Assembly (NCBI GenBank): GCA_048213135.1
Contig: PS015366.1
Location: 54,486-107,569, forward strand
Length of the DNA stretch: 53,084 bases
DNA from: Reclinomonas americana ATCC 50394
Taxonomy: Eukaryota
Direction of reading: 5' to 3'
Shown here: positions 1 to 10,273 of the stretch, piece by piece
Numbering within the stretch: the stretch's first letter is position 1
How the letters are laid out: each line of letters begins with the position of its first letter
Made by a program: the position numbers and the translations under genes
The notes under the pieces: generated by a model
Database searches by the model: none
What the model was told of the DNA's origin: nothing
What the model saw: only the letters and a program-made list of their open reading frames with translations

Positions 1-31
1 CGTCTCTCTCCTCCTCCTCCTCCTCCTCCTC

Positions 32-93
<62 letters not shown>

Positions 94-190
94 TTCCCTC
101 CTCCTCCCTTCTCTCTCATTCTCTCCCTCCCTCCCTCTTCCCTTCTCTCTCACTCTCTCATTCTCTCTCTCCCTCTCCCTCCCTCCCTCC
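1..190. repeat. (CT)n/(CCT)n/(CCCT)n polypyrimidine microsatellite
   Basis: Direct reading of the sequence. Confidence 0.95.
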
Positions 191-489
191 TTTGTTGTTT
201 GCTCACCGACCCGCGCACAGATCCCACAAATCGCCGTGTCGGGTGTGAAGATCGAGAGCGTGAATCTGCCGGCGGAGACCTATCGCGTGTTCAAGGGAGT
301 GCGATCCATGACCCGATCGGGCATTTACCAAGTGCGCACCGGTTGAGGTGGTTGAGAAGGTTGTTTTGCGATCGGTGACTTGGAGAGATTGAAGGGGTGG
401 GTGGATGAAGGAAAATGACGAAAAAGGGGGGAAAACTTCCGTGTGTACAAAACAAAACAACAACAGGCAAAAGTAGGGCGAGAGTTTGC

Positions 490-1932
490 TCAAGCCGCCA
501 CGCCCGTGTTCTCCGCCATCGTGCAGTCATTCTCGCAGAACGACTGCGCCGCCGGGCAAAACGCCGTGCAGTTGGCATCGGTGGCGCACGACGCCATCGA
601 GCAGTACTCGTGCACATGCACGCACACCTTGCAGCCTGTGCGAAACAATGTGTAAGTGCCAATGAAAGGAGAGGAAAAAGGATGGCGCGTGCACGCAACG
701 ATCGCTGACAGTCTGCGACCAAAAGTCGATCTCCGCGGTCTCCACCGGTGGCGACGCCGGTGCCATTGCCGTGGCGTTGGCCACTCCAGTGCCAGCAGTC
801 GTGGTGGTAGCCGCCGGAGCTCCGACCTCTCGAATCTCCGCGGCCAGCTCGGCCGTCGTCACTGGCGGCACTGGTGTAGACACCGGCACCGGCATGGTCG
901 TCGCACACTCGGTGCTGCAGCGCACCGACACAATGTGCACGCACTCCAGATGATCACGCGCCGGCTCCATCATCGGCGGCGGTGGCGGTGGCGGCGGCAT
1001 GCCAAACTCGCCTCCACGGTGGTGGTGATTGTGGTGGTGGTGCTGGTGCTCCTCACGCGCCTCCTGCTGCTGGTGGTGGTGGTGATGCTGGCGACGATCG
1101 TGCGCATGGTGCGGGTGATGCTCACGCCACTGCGCCGGCATGGCGTTCGGGTGGAGACCCTTGGTGCACAGGTGCCAGTCGTGCTGCACACAGAGGTCGC
1201 ACGAGAAGTTGTCGGCCGCGTGGCAGGCCTCGTGCGGAGTCGGCAATCGGCGCAGCTGATCGTGATGGTGATGATGCTGATCATGATGATACTGACGATG
1301 CTCGTGACGGTGGTGAGGCGCAGAAGGAGGCGGCGGCACAGCCGGCATGCCCTGAGGCAGCGGAGGCATAGTCTTGGCGACGTGAGGCATGGTCTCCATC
1401 GCCGGCATTCCCTCCGGCAACGACGGCACAGTCTTGAAGACCTCCGGCAGTGTCGGCAGCGCCTTGGCCACCTCCGGCATGGTCTCCATCGCCGGCATGN
1501 NNNNNNNNNNNNNNNNNNNNNNNNNNNNNNNNNNNNNNNNNNNNNNNNNNNNNNNNNNNNNNNNNNNNNNNNNNNNNNNNNNNNNNNNNNNNNNNNNNNN
1601 NNNNNNNNNNNNNNNNNNNNNNNNNNNNNNNNNNNNNNNNNNNNNNNNNNNNNNNNNNNNNNNNNNNNNNNNNNNNNNNNNNNNNNNNNNNNNNNNNNNN
1701 NNNNNNNNNNNNNNNNNNNNNNNNNNNNNNNNNNNNNNNNNNNNNNNNNNNNNNNNNNNNNNNNNNNNNNNNNNNNNNNNNNNNNNNNNNNNNNNNNNNN
1801 NNNNNNNNNNNNNNNNNNNNNNNNNNNNNNNNNNNNNNNNNNNNNNNNNNNNNNNNNNNNNNNNNNNNNNNNNNNNNNNNNNNNNNNNNNNNNNNNNNNN
1901 NNNNNNNNNNNNNNNNNNNNNNNNNNNNNNNN

Positions 1933-1981
<49 letters not shown>

Positions 1982-2045
1982 CTCTCCTCTCTCCTCCTCC
2001 TCTCGTCGTCGTCGTCTCCTCCTCCCTCCCTCCCTCCCTCCCTCC

Positions 2046-2087
<42 letters not shown>

Positions 2088-2379
2088 CCTCTCTGTCTCT
2101 GTGAGGAGTGCACCGCGACGCATCTCTCTCTTCAAATCCCTCAGTCTCCCCTTGTCTCTTCCTTCCTCTCCTCTCTCTCTCTTCTCTCTGTGTGAGAGTC
2201 GCACCTTGCTCCTCCACCTCCTCCTGCTCCTCCACAGGCACCCGGAACACCTCAATCTTGCCCACAGGCTCCTCCTGTTCCTCCTCAGTCGCCTGCTCTG
2301 ACTGAGCCTCTTGTGCGCAGGCACATCCCACTGCCAGCAGTGCGAGGAGCACTAACAGCACAAGCAGTGAAGAACGCAT
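490..2379 (-). CDS. Secreted protein of unknown function: signal peptide, acidic segment, Pro/Met-rich ~10-aa repeats, poly-His tracts and Cys-rich domains (multi-exon, interrupted by a gap)
   Basis: Exon 1 MRSSLLVLLVLLALLAVGCACAQEAQ...EEQ ends at a G|GTGCGA donor. After the gap the frame reads MPAMETMPEVAKALPTLPEVFK...HHHH...SQTVSD. Intron 699-636 (GTTGCGT...CACAG) joins a last exon RCKVCVHVHEYCSMASCATDANCTAFCPAAQSFCENDCTMAENTGVAA* (stop 490-492). Linkage across the gap is inferred. Confidence 0.7.
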
Positions 2380-3075
2380 GGTGGTGATCTTCTCTCCACA
2401 AATCGCGATGAAAACTGTCGGTTACGTCACGCTGCGAGATGATATCCGCAAATTGGCGGCATTATCGTGGCTGCGGGAGGATTTTAGAATTTTTGAGGCT
2501 CATTCGTCGCGGAGCACATGTGCGAAGACCACATCTACAGCAACAAGAGACAGGGCATGGTTTTCGGTCTTGACTATGTAGTTTACCGTCCGGATCGATC
2601 GCGCGCGATATCCGCTGCGCGCGATGCTGGAGATCGACTGCGCATGCTGCCTGCGGGTTGCGCCGATTGCAAACCGGGAGTCAACAGCAGTCTTTGCGAT
2701 CGTACAGCCTTGTGCAGCTGCAGGTTTCCCAAAGAGACAGCGAGGAGAATGCAGCTGAATGCATTCATTTCGAATTCGCGATCGCAGGGCCCGGCGGTGC
2801 ACATATACATACTGTATCCGTCAGTCATCCCCGTCACCGGGAATCGACTCGATCAGCTCGTTGACCGGGCTGCCGTCCAAGCCAATTGCAATGCATGTGT
2901 TCTAGCAGCTTGATGGCGTCTGACACGAATTGCCAAAGAGGCGGTAGCTTCGCAGCCATCGCCCTTCCCATTCTTACGCCCCCCTCAGGCCCTTCTTTAT
3001 ACACTGTACACTATCGACACCAAACGTGCGTCTGCCGTCAACAAAGACTTCCACACTTGTCCCACACTTCCGCTC

Positions 3076-6000
3076 ATGCACTTACTCGGGCGAGCGCGCT
3101 CCCTCCTGCTGGGCCCGCTCACCTCCTCCTGCGCCTCCCTCCACCGCAGCATCTCCGACAGCGCCAAGGCCATTGTCCGTCGCGAGCGCGAGTGGCTCGA
3201 CCACGCCTCCCTCTTGCTCTCTCGCTGGCAAGTCGACGCACGCTGGCAGTCAGAGGTGCAAGCCAGTCGCGCCAAGGTCTGTACTGCTGCACATGCATCC
3301 CTCACATTCCGTCTTCTCACACATGCACACGCGCGCGCGAAAAAAAGCTCGACGAGTTATTCTTGATTGTTGTCTGTGGAGAAGTTGCGATGTTGTTGTT
3401 GTATGCAGCTCCAGCACTGCTTGCATGTCTCATCGCGTGCGCTCAGTGGAACAGTGGCAAGAGCTCACTGATCAACACGTTACTGCGTGGCGACTATGTC
3501 AAAGAGGGTTCGCTGCAGGTCACTGCTTTGCATACACGCGCGCATGATTCTCAGCTGCTCTGTGGTAACAGGTGTGCTTCCGACCACCGATGCACTGTTC
3601 TTGATTCGACATGGTGAGCGCGTGCAGCACTGGGAGGGCACTCCGGAGGTGGCCGGCAGTCGGGCTCCGATTCACCTGACTGTGCCGTCGCCGGCGCTGG
3701 TGGATATGGTGGTGGCCGACACGCCCGGCGTGAATTCGATTGTGAAGGGACACCAGGAGATCACTGAGCGAGTGATTCCGCGCTCCGACNNNNNNNNNNN
3801 NNNNNNNNNNNNNNNNNNNNNNNNNNNNNNNNNNNNNNNNNNNNNNNNNNNNNNNNNNNNNNNNNNNNNNNNNNNNNNNNNNNNNNNNNNNNNNNNNNNN
3901 NNNNNNNNNNNNNNNNNNNNNNNNNNNNNNNNNNNNNNNNNNNNNNNNNNNNNNNNNNNNNNNNNNNNNNNNNNNNNNNNNNNNNNNNNNNNNNNNNNNN
4001 NNNNNNNNNNNNNNNNNNNNNNNNNNNNNNNNNNNNNNNNNNNNNNNNNNNNNNNNNNNNNNNNNNNNNNNNNNNNNNNNNNNNNNNNNNNNNNNNNNNN
4101 NNNNNNNNNNNNNNNNNNNNNNNNNNNNNNNNNNNNNNNNNNNNNNNNNNNNNNNNNNNNNNNNNNNNNNNNNNNNNNNNNNNNNNNNNNNNNNNNNNNN
4201 NNNNNNNNNNNNNNNNNNNNNNNNNNNNNNNNNNNNNNNNNNNNNNNNNNNNNNNNNNNNNNNNNNNNNNNNNNNNNNNNNNNNNNNNNNNNNNNNNNNN
4301 NNNNNNNNNNNNNNNNNNNNNNNNNNNNNNNNNNNNNNNNNNNNNNNNNNNNNNNNNNNNNNNNNNNNNNNNNNNNNNNNNNNNNNNNNNNNNNNNNNNN
4401 NNNNNNNNNNNNNNNNNNNNNNNNNNNNNNNNNNNNNNNNNNNNNNNNNNNNNNNNNNNNNNNNNNNNNNNNNNNNNNNNNNNNNNNNNNNNNNNNNNNN
4501 NNNNNNNNNNNNNNNNNNNNNNNNNNNNNNNNNNNNNNNNNNNNNNNNNNNNNNNNNNNNNNNNNNNNNNNNNNNNNNNNNNNNNNNNNNNNNNNNNNNN
4601 NNNNNNNNNNNNNNNNNNNNNNNNNNNNNNNNNNNNNNNNNNNNNNNNNNNNNNNNNNNNNNNNNNNNNNNNNNNNNNNNNNNNNNNNNNNNNNNNNNNN
4701 NNNNNNNNNNNNNNTGTGGGGGATTGCTTTCGCCCCTTCTTTCCCTGTGCATGGTTCTTTCGAGCCGACTTCGTTCATCATTGCTCCTTTCGTGTCTGGG
4801 TGTTTGCATTCGCCTGATCTTTCCCTCTGCCTGGTTCCTTGAGTTCATCGTCGCCCGTATCCTGTCGGACGATTGCTCTCGCCCCTTCTTTCGCTGTGCA
4901 TGGTTCTTTCGAGCCGACTCCGTTCATCGTTGCTCCTTTTGTGTCTGGGTGTTTGCTGTCGCCCCTTCTTTCTCATAGCTTCGAGTCATTAAGCCTTTGG
5001 CGTTCCAGTAGTGTCTGGGTGTTTGCTTCGACTTTTTTCTTTCCCTCCGCTTGATTCCTTGAGTTCATCATTGCTCATTTCATACGGGTTTGCTTTCGCC
5101 CCTTCTTTCGCTCTGCTTGGTTTCTTTGAGCCTTCGACGTTCATCAGTGCTTCCTTTCACCCCTTCTTCCCTCTGCTTGATTCTTTGAGTTAACGTTCAT
5201 CGTCGCCCGGAATATTCGGAGGGTTGCTAGCCCCTTCTTTCCTCATACCGGGTTTGCTTTCGCCCCTTTCTTTCATCTCGCTTGGTTCCTTTGACTGCAT
5301 CAGCGCTCCATTCGTGTGCGGGGATTTGCTCCACCAGTTCTTTCCCCCTAATTGGTTCCTGTGAGCCAACTGTGTCCGTTTGTTGTCGGGTTTGCTGTCG
5401 CCCTTCATTCATCTCCCCTGTTCCCTTTGCCTGAACGATGCAGGCCCCGAGAGATCCACCCGCTTGCCCGTTATCGCCGACGAATTCCAACTCAACCGAT
5501 CTCATCTGCTCTCGGATGTGTCTTCGGCCACGCGGCACGTGGTGGCTGCCTTTGACAAGAACAACGAGATGCAGAATTTGAACGAGTGAGTGTGTGTGTT
5601 TCACGAGTGTGCTGGCTCCATCGTCTCACCCATATGTGGAACGATTCAGTACCATCCACAAGGCCATCATCTCCACCCTGGCGGTGGAGGTCGGCGCCAT
5701 TGGTCTCGGGGTCATGGCAGTGGTGTTGTCGGCATCGCTTTTCGATCCGTCGGGCATGGTTGCAGGTTTGCTGTCGTTGATGTTTACACGCAATCGCGGA
5801 TGAACGACGCTGACTCTTTCTCATCACCACGGGCATGTATTTGGCAGCTGGTGCCTTGGCTCTTGGCGGCCTCTACGTACTGCCGCACATGCGCAGTCGG
5901 CTAAAGGTTTGTATGTGTATTGATGTGATGCCTGTCGACACTGCCGAGTGTCCCCACCCACCTCTGTCCCCCACCCGTCTCATTCTCACTCTCTTTTCCC

Positions 6001-6277
6001 CTTTCATGTGTGTGCTCATCTGGCTGGCCAGGCCGACTTTGAGAACCGCTTGCTGGATGTGCGGGCAAAGCTGCGCACGACACTTCGCGAACAGTTCGAC
6101 TCGCAGCTGCAATTGTCGAGTGAGGAGATACGCAACGCGGTGTTGCCGTACACACGATTTGTGGAGAGTCGTCAGATGGCCGCCCGCTCCGACCAGGAGG
6201 AGTTTGTGGCGCTCCAGAAGGGTCTCGCTGGCCTGAAAGAGGACATTGAGAGGACTTTGCAAAGCACCTTGCAGTAA
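3076..6277 (+). CDS. FZL-like / bacterial dynamin-like GTPase with C-terminal hydrophobic hairpin (multi-exon, middle in a gap)
   Basis: Removing introns 3277-3347, 3384-3446 and ~3508-3571 gives LDELFLIVVCGE|WNSGKSSLINTLLRGDYVKEG|VLPTT and DTPGVNS (G1-G3 motifs of the FZL/DLP type). Exons 5443-6277 encode a TM pair EVGAIGLGVMAVVLSAS...AAGALALGGLYVLP and a coiled-coil end. Confidence 0.8.
4720..5300 (+). repeat. Degenerate intronic tandem repeat (core TTGCTTTCGCCCCTTCTTTC...TTCTTTCGAGCCGACT..GTTCATC; first two copies ~149 bp apart)
   Basis: Near-identical ~85-bp blocks at ~4724 and ~4873, with more degenerate copies to ~5300. Confidence 0.75.
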
Positions 6278-6345
6278 TGAAGGCAACTAGTGCGGGAAAT
6301 GAGGAGAGCCCGTGGGATGTGCGGAGAGAATATATTGCTGTCAAC

Positions 6346-7449
6346 TTACAAGTGCAGCTCAGGGTCTACGCGACATTGATGCATCACGACTTCAGCGTCC
6401 TCCACAATGAAGCATCGCAGTACCATCTCCGGCAGGCAGCGCGAATCCGCCACGTCCTCGTCTCCTGCATCTTGCATCTCCTGAACCGCGTGCATGGCCT
6501 CGAGCGCTTTGACGAGCTCGAGGCGAGCAAGACCACACGGAGTGCTCCACACACGCACAGTGTAGTCATAGCCGCCGCTCACTACTTGCTGCCCGTCGGG
6601 TGTGATGGCGACAGAGCACACTCCCAAAGAGTGTCCCTCCAGTCGTAGCACTTCCTTGTCACCTGCCAGTGACCACACTCGCACCGTACGGTCGTCACTC
6701 ACACTCACAATGTGCTGACAGTTGGGCGTGACGGCGACAGAAAACACGTAGTCACTGTGCCCCTCCAACCATCTCACGTTTTCTCCAGTCGGCATCGACG
6801 ACACACGCAGTATATCGTCAAACTCGCTTCCACAACTCACAATGTGCTGGCCGTCGGGGGTAATGGCGACGGAGTGCACCGAATCAGTGTGCCCCAGCAG
6901 TCGTCGCACCTCCTCGCCACTCGCCAGTGACCACATCCGCACCGTACGGTCCTCACTCCCACTCACAACATGCTGGCCATCGGGAGTGACGGCGACGGAG
7001 TATACCCATCCATTGTGACCCTTCAACAGTTGCGTCTCCCTGCCACTCGCCAGCGACCACACACGCACCGTCTGGTCAAGACTCCCACTCACAACGTGCT
7101 GACCGCTCGGAGTGATGGCAACAGAGGTCACGCATCCAGTGTGTCCATCAAACCGTCGCACTTCCTCGCCACTCGCCAGTGACCACACAAGTACCTGATT
7201 ATCACCACCTCCGCTCACTACATGCTGCCCGTCGGGTGTAATGGCGACAGAACGCGCTTCCGAAGAGTGTCCCTCCATCCGTCGCACCTCCTCTCCACTC
7301 ACGAGTGACCACACTCGCACTGTGCAGTCTCTGTTGCCACTCACAACATGCAGGCCATCGGGAGTGACGGCGACAGACATCACCATGGCAGTGTGTCCTC
7401 GCAGCACGTGCTTGCACAGGAAGAGAGGACGAAGGGCAGTAGCTGACAT
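6346..7449 (-). CDS. WD40 array gene A1 (7 WD40 repeats + conserved tail), intronless
   Basis: ATG of MSATALRPLF shared with A2/A3; seven GH...WS repeats; tail LPEMVLRCFIVEDAEVV. Confidence 0.9.
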   Translation of the reverse strand: MSATALRPLFLCKHVLRGHTAMVMSVAVTPDGLHVVSGNRDCTVRVWSLVSGEEVRRMEGHSSEARSVAITPDGQHVVSGGGDNQVLVWSLASGEEVRRFDGHTGCVTSVAITPSGQHVVSGSLDQTVRVWSLASGRETQLLKGHNGWVYSVAVTPDGQHVVSGSEDRTVRMWSLASGEEVRRLLGHTDSVHSVAITPDGQHIVSCGSEFDDILRVSSMPTGENVRWLEGHSDYVFSVAVTPNCQHIVSVSDDRTVRVWSLAGDKEVLRLEGHSLGVCSVAITPDGQQVVSGGYDYTVRVWSTPCGLARLELVKALEAMHAVQEMQDAGDEDVADSRCLPEMVLRCFIVEDAEVVMHQCRVDPELHL

Positions 7450-7649
7450 GCTTGTGAGGAGGAGAAGAAAATGAAGGGGTGTTCCTGTGCGCGTGAGTGA
7501 CCGGATGAGAGTGTGAGAGGATCGACGTCTCTGACAATATTCTTCGTTCGCGCTCTGCAGGTCCATGGAGGCATTTACTGCACCTCGGGGAGAGGGAGGT
7601 GGAAAGAGAGAGGGACATAAACAAGGGAGTACGAGCACAAGCAAGCGGG

Positions 7650-8738
7650 TTACAAGTGCAATTCCGGATCTGCAAGACAGCGATGCACCACGACTTCAGC
7701 CTCCTCCGCAAGGAAACATCGGAGAACCATCTCTGGCAGGCAGCGCAAACCCCGCACGTCTCCTGCATCCTGCATCTCCTGCACCGCGTGCATGGCCTCG
7801 CGTGCTTTGTTGAGCTCGTTCCGAGCAAGGCCACATGGAGTGCTCCACACACGCACACTATTGTCGTGGCTGCCACTCACGATGCGCTGTCCATCAGGAG
7901 TGACGGCGACAGACGACACCACATCACTGTGTCCCTCCAGTCGTCGCACCTGTCTACCGCTCGCCAGAGACCACACACGTACGGTCCTGTCTCCGCCCCC
8001 ACCCACGATGTGCAGCTCATCTGGAGTGACGGCAACACAAGATACATATTCAGTGTGGCCCTCCAGCCGTTGCACTTCCTCCCCATTCTCCAGTGACCAC
8101 ACTCGCACTGTCTTATCGTACCCTGCACTCACGACGTGTCGACCAGTTGGTGCGACGGCAACACAAAACACCCATGCAGCATGGCCCTCCAACCGTCTCA
8201 CCTCTTCTCCACTTTCCAGTGACCATATCCGCACTTTGTGGTCCTCACCCCCACTCGCAACAAGCTGACCATCAGCAGTGACGGTCACACCGCTCACTGC
8301 TGCAGTGTGCTCCAACCGTCGCACTTCAGCCCCACTCGAGAGCGACCACACTCGCACTGTCTTGTCATCGCTTCCACTTACAATGTACTGACTATCGCAA
8401 GTGACGGCAATGGAGAGCACCAGTCCATCGTGTCCCTCCAGCCGCCGCACTTCTTCTCCAGTCGCCAGAGACCACACTCGCACTGTGTAGTCCCAGCTGC
8501 CACTCACCACGTGATGACCATCGAGAGTGATGGCGACAGAGAATACCGCGCTGGTGTGTCCCTCCATCCGTCGCACCTCCTCTCCACTCACCAGTGACCA
8601 CACTCGCACAGTGTTGTCCCAGCTCCCACTCACAACATGCAGGCCATCGGGAGTGACAGCAACTGAACACACCAAGTCTGTGTGCCCTTGCAGCACGTGC
8701 TGGCAGAGGAAGAGAGGACGAAGGGCAGTGGCTGACAT
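7650..8738 (-). CDS. WD40 array gene A2, intronless
   Basis: MSATALRPLF start, 7 repeats, same tail. Confidence 0.9.
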   Translation of the reverse strand: MSATALRPLFLCQHVLQGHTDLVCSVAVTPDGLHVVSGSWDNTVRVWSLVSGEEVRRMEGHTSAVFSVAITLDGHHVVSGSWDYTVRVWSLATGEEVRRLEGHDGLVLSIAVTCDSQYIVSGSDDKTVRVWSLSSGAEVRRLEHTAAVSGVTVTADGQLVASGGEDHKVRIWSLESGEEVRRLEGHAAWVFCVAVAPTGRHVVSAGYDKTVRVWSLENGEEVQRLEGHTEYVSCVAVTPDELHIVGGGGDRTVRVWSLASGRQVRRLEGHSDVVSSVAVTPDGQRIVSGSHDNSVRVWSTPCGLARNELNKAREAMHAVQEMQDAGDVRGLRCLPEMVLRCFLAEEAEVVVHRCLADPELHL

Positions 8739-8932
8739 GATTGCAAGGAGGAAGGGAAAGGGAAGAGTGCGTGTGCGTGGGAGAGAGATGGGTCGAGATG
8801 GGGAATGTCCCACAGCGACTCGAAGTTGCAGATCAAAGAGGGCATTCATTCTTGCAGGCTCGTTCACAAACACCATTCATGCAGCACCTCGGGAGAGGGA
8901 GGCGGAAGGAGAATGGGACACAAATCTGTTGC

Positions 8933-10045
8933 CTACTGCGGGGTAAGAAGCAGGCGTCGCTCAGGATCTACGTGCCAGCGATGCACCACGACTTCAGCCT
9001 CCTCCACAATAAAGCATCGCAGTACCATCTCTGGCAGGCAGCGCGAGTCCAGCAAGGCCTCGTCTCCTGCATCCTGCATCTCTTGCACTGCGCTCATGGC
9101 CTCACGTGCTTTGACAAGCTCGTTCCGAGCAAACACGAACGGCGTACACCACACCCACGCATTGTGGTCATGGCACCCACTGACAATGTGCTGCCCGTCG
9201 GGAGTGACGGCGACAGACGACACCGAGTCAGTGTGTCCCTTCAGCTGCTGCACCTCCTCGCCACTTGCCAGTGACCACACTCGTACCGACTCGTCCGCAC
9301 TCCCACTCACTACGTGCTGACCATCGGGTGTGATGGCGACAGTGGTCACCCGGCCTGCGTGCCCCACAAGCCGCTGCACTTCCTCTCCAGTCGCCATCGA
9401 CCACACGCGCACTGTGCTGTCAACACCTCCACTCACTGCGTACTGACCATCAGGTGTGACGGCGACAGCTCGAACTGTTTCAGTGTGTCCCTCCAACCGT
9501 CTCACTTCCTCGCCACTCGCCAGTGACCACACACGCACTGTTTCGTCTCCACTACCACTCACAATGTACTGGCCATCGGGAGTAACAGTGACACACCACA
9601 CCGGCTTTGTGTGTCCCTTGAAACATCGCTCCTCCTCGCCACTCGCCAGTGACCACACACGCACTGTCTGGTCAAGACTCCCACTCGCAATGTGTTGACC
9701 GTGGGGAGAGACGGCGACAGAAAGCACCACCGCAGAGTGCCCTTCCAACCGCCGCACTTCCTCGCCACTCGCCAGTGACCACACGCGCACTTGGCAGTCG
9801 CTGCACCCGGTCACAATGTGCTGCCCGTCAGGGGTGACAGCGACAGAGTACACCCATCCTGCGTGTCCCACAATCCGTCGCACCTCCTCTCCACTCACCA
9901 GTGACCACATTCGTACTGTGGCGTCGTGACTCCCACTCACGACGTGCTGCCTGTCAGGAGTGACAGCAACACAGAGAACGCGGTTTGTGTGTCCAAGCAG
10001 TACGTGCTTGCAGAGGAAGAGAGGATGACGGGCAGTGGCTGACAT
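8933..10045 (-). CDS. WD40 array gene A3, intronless
   Basis: MSATARHPLF start, 7 repeats, same tail. Confidence 0.9.
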   Translation of the reverse strand: MSATARHPLFLCKHVLLGHTNRVLCVAVTPDRQHVVSGSHDATVRMWSLVSGEEVRRIVGHAGWVYSVAVTPDGQHIVTGCSDCQVRVWSLASGEEVRRLEGHSAVVLSVAVSPHGQHIASGSLDQTVRVWSLASGEEERCFKGHTKPVWCVTVTPDGQYIVSGSGDETVRVWSLASGEEVRRLEGHTETVRAVAVTPDGQYAVSGGVDSTVRVWSMATGEEVQRLVGHAGRVTTVAITPDGQHVVSGSADESVRVWSLASGEEVQQLKGHTDSVSSVAVTPDGQHIVSGCHDHNAWVWCTPFVFARNELVKAREAMSAVQEMQDAGDEALLDSRCLPEMVLRCFIVEEAEVVVHRWHVDPERRLLLTPQ

Positions 10046-10273
10046 GCTTGTGAAGAGGAGAAGAAGAGCGTGTGCCTGTGCGTGTGCGTGTGATGGGGGA
10101 TGAGAGTGTGTCCCGCAACGAGAGGCTCGAACTCGAAGTCGCAGAAGCGTTAAGAAGGCATTCATTCTTGGAGGCTCGTTCACAAACATCATTCACGCAG
10201 CACCTCGGGAGAGGGAGGCGGAGAGAGAGAGGAGGGGCACGAATCTGTTGTCTACTTCGGGGTAAGAAGAAGG

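Noticed and set aside
970-1500. Cys/Arg-rich protamine-like frame (CRRWRPCRRW...)
   Set aside because: It is an alternative frame of the MPAMET repeat exon and stops at 970, whereas the other frame splices into a coherent last exon.
2585-2630. Imperfect palindrome CGGATCGATCGCGCGCGATATCCG in a divergent intergenic region
   Set aside because: Short and CG-rich; no terminal repeats, target-site duplication or recognisable RNA fold.
5745-5850. Apparent non-canonical junction in the dynamin gene (repeated GGGCATG)
   Set aside because: A canonical G|GTTTGC...GGCAG|CT intron restores the frame.
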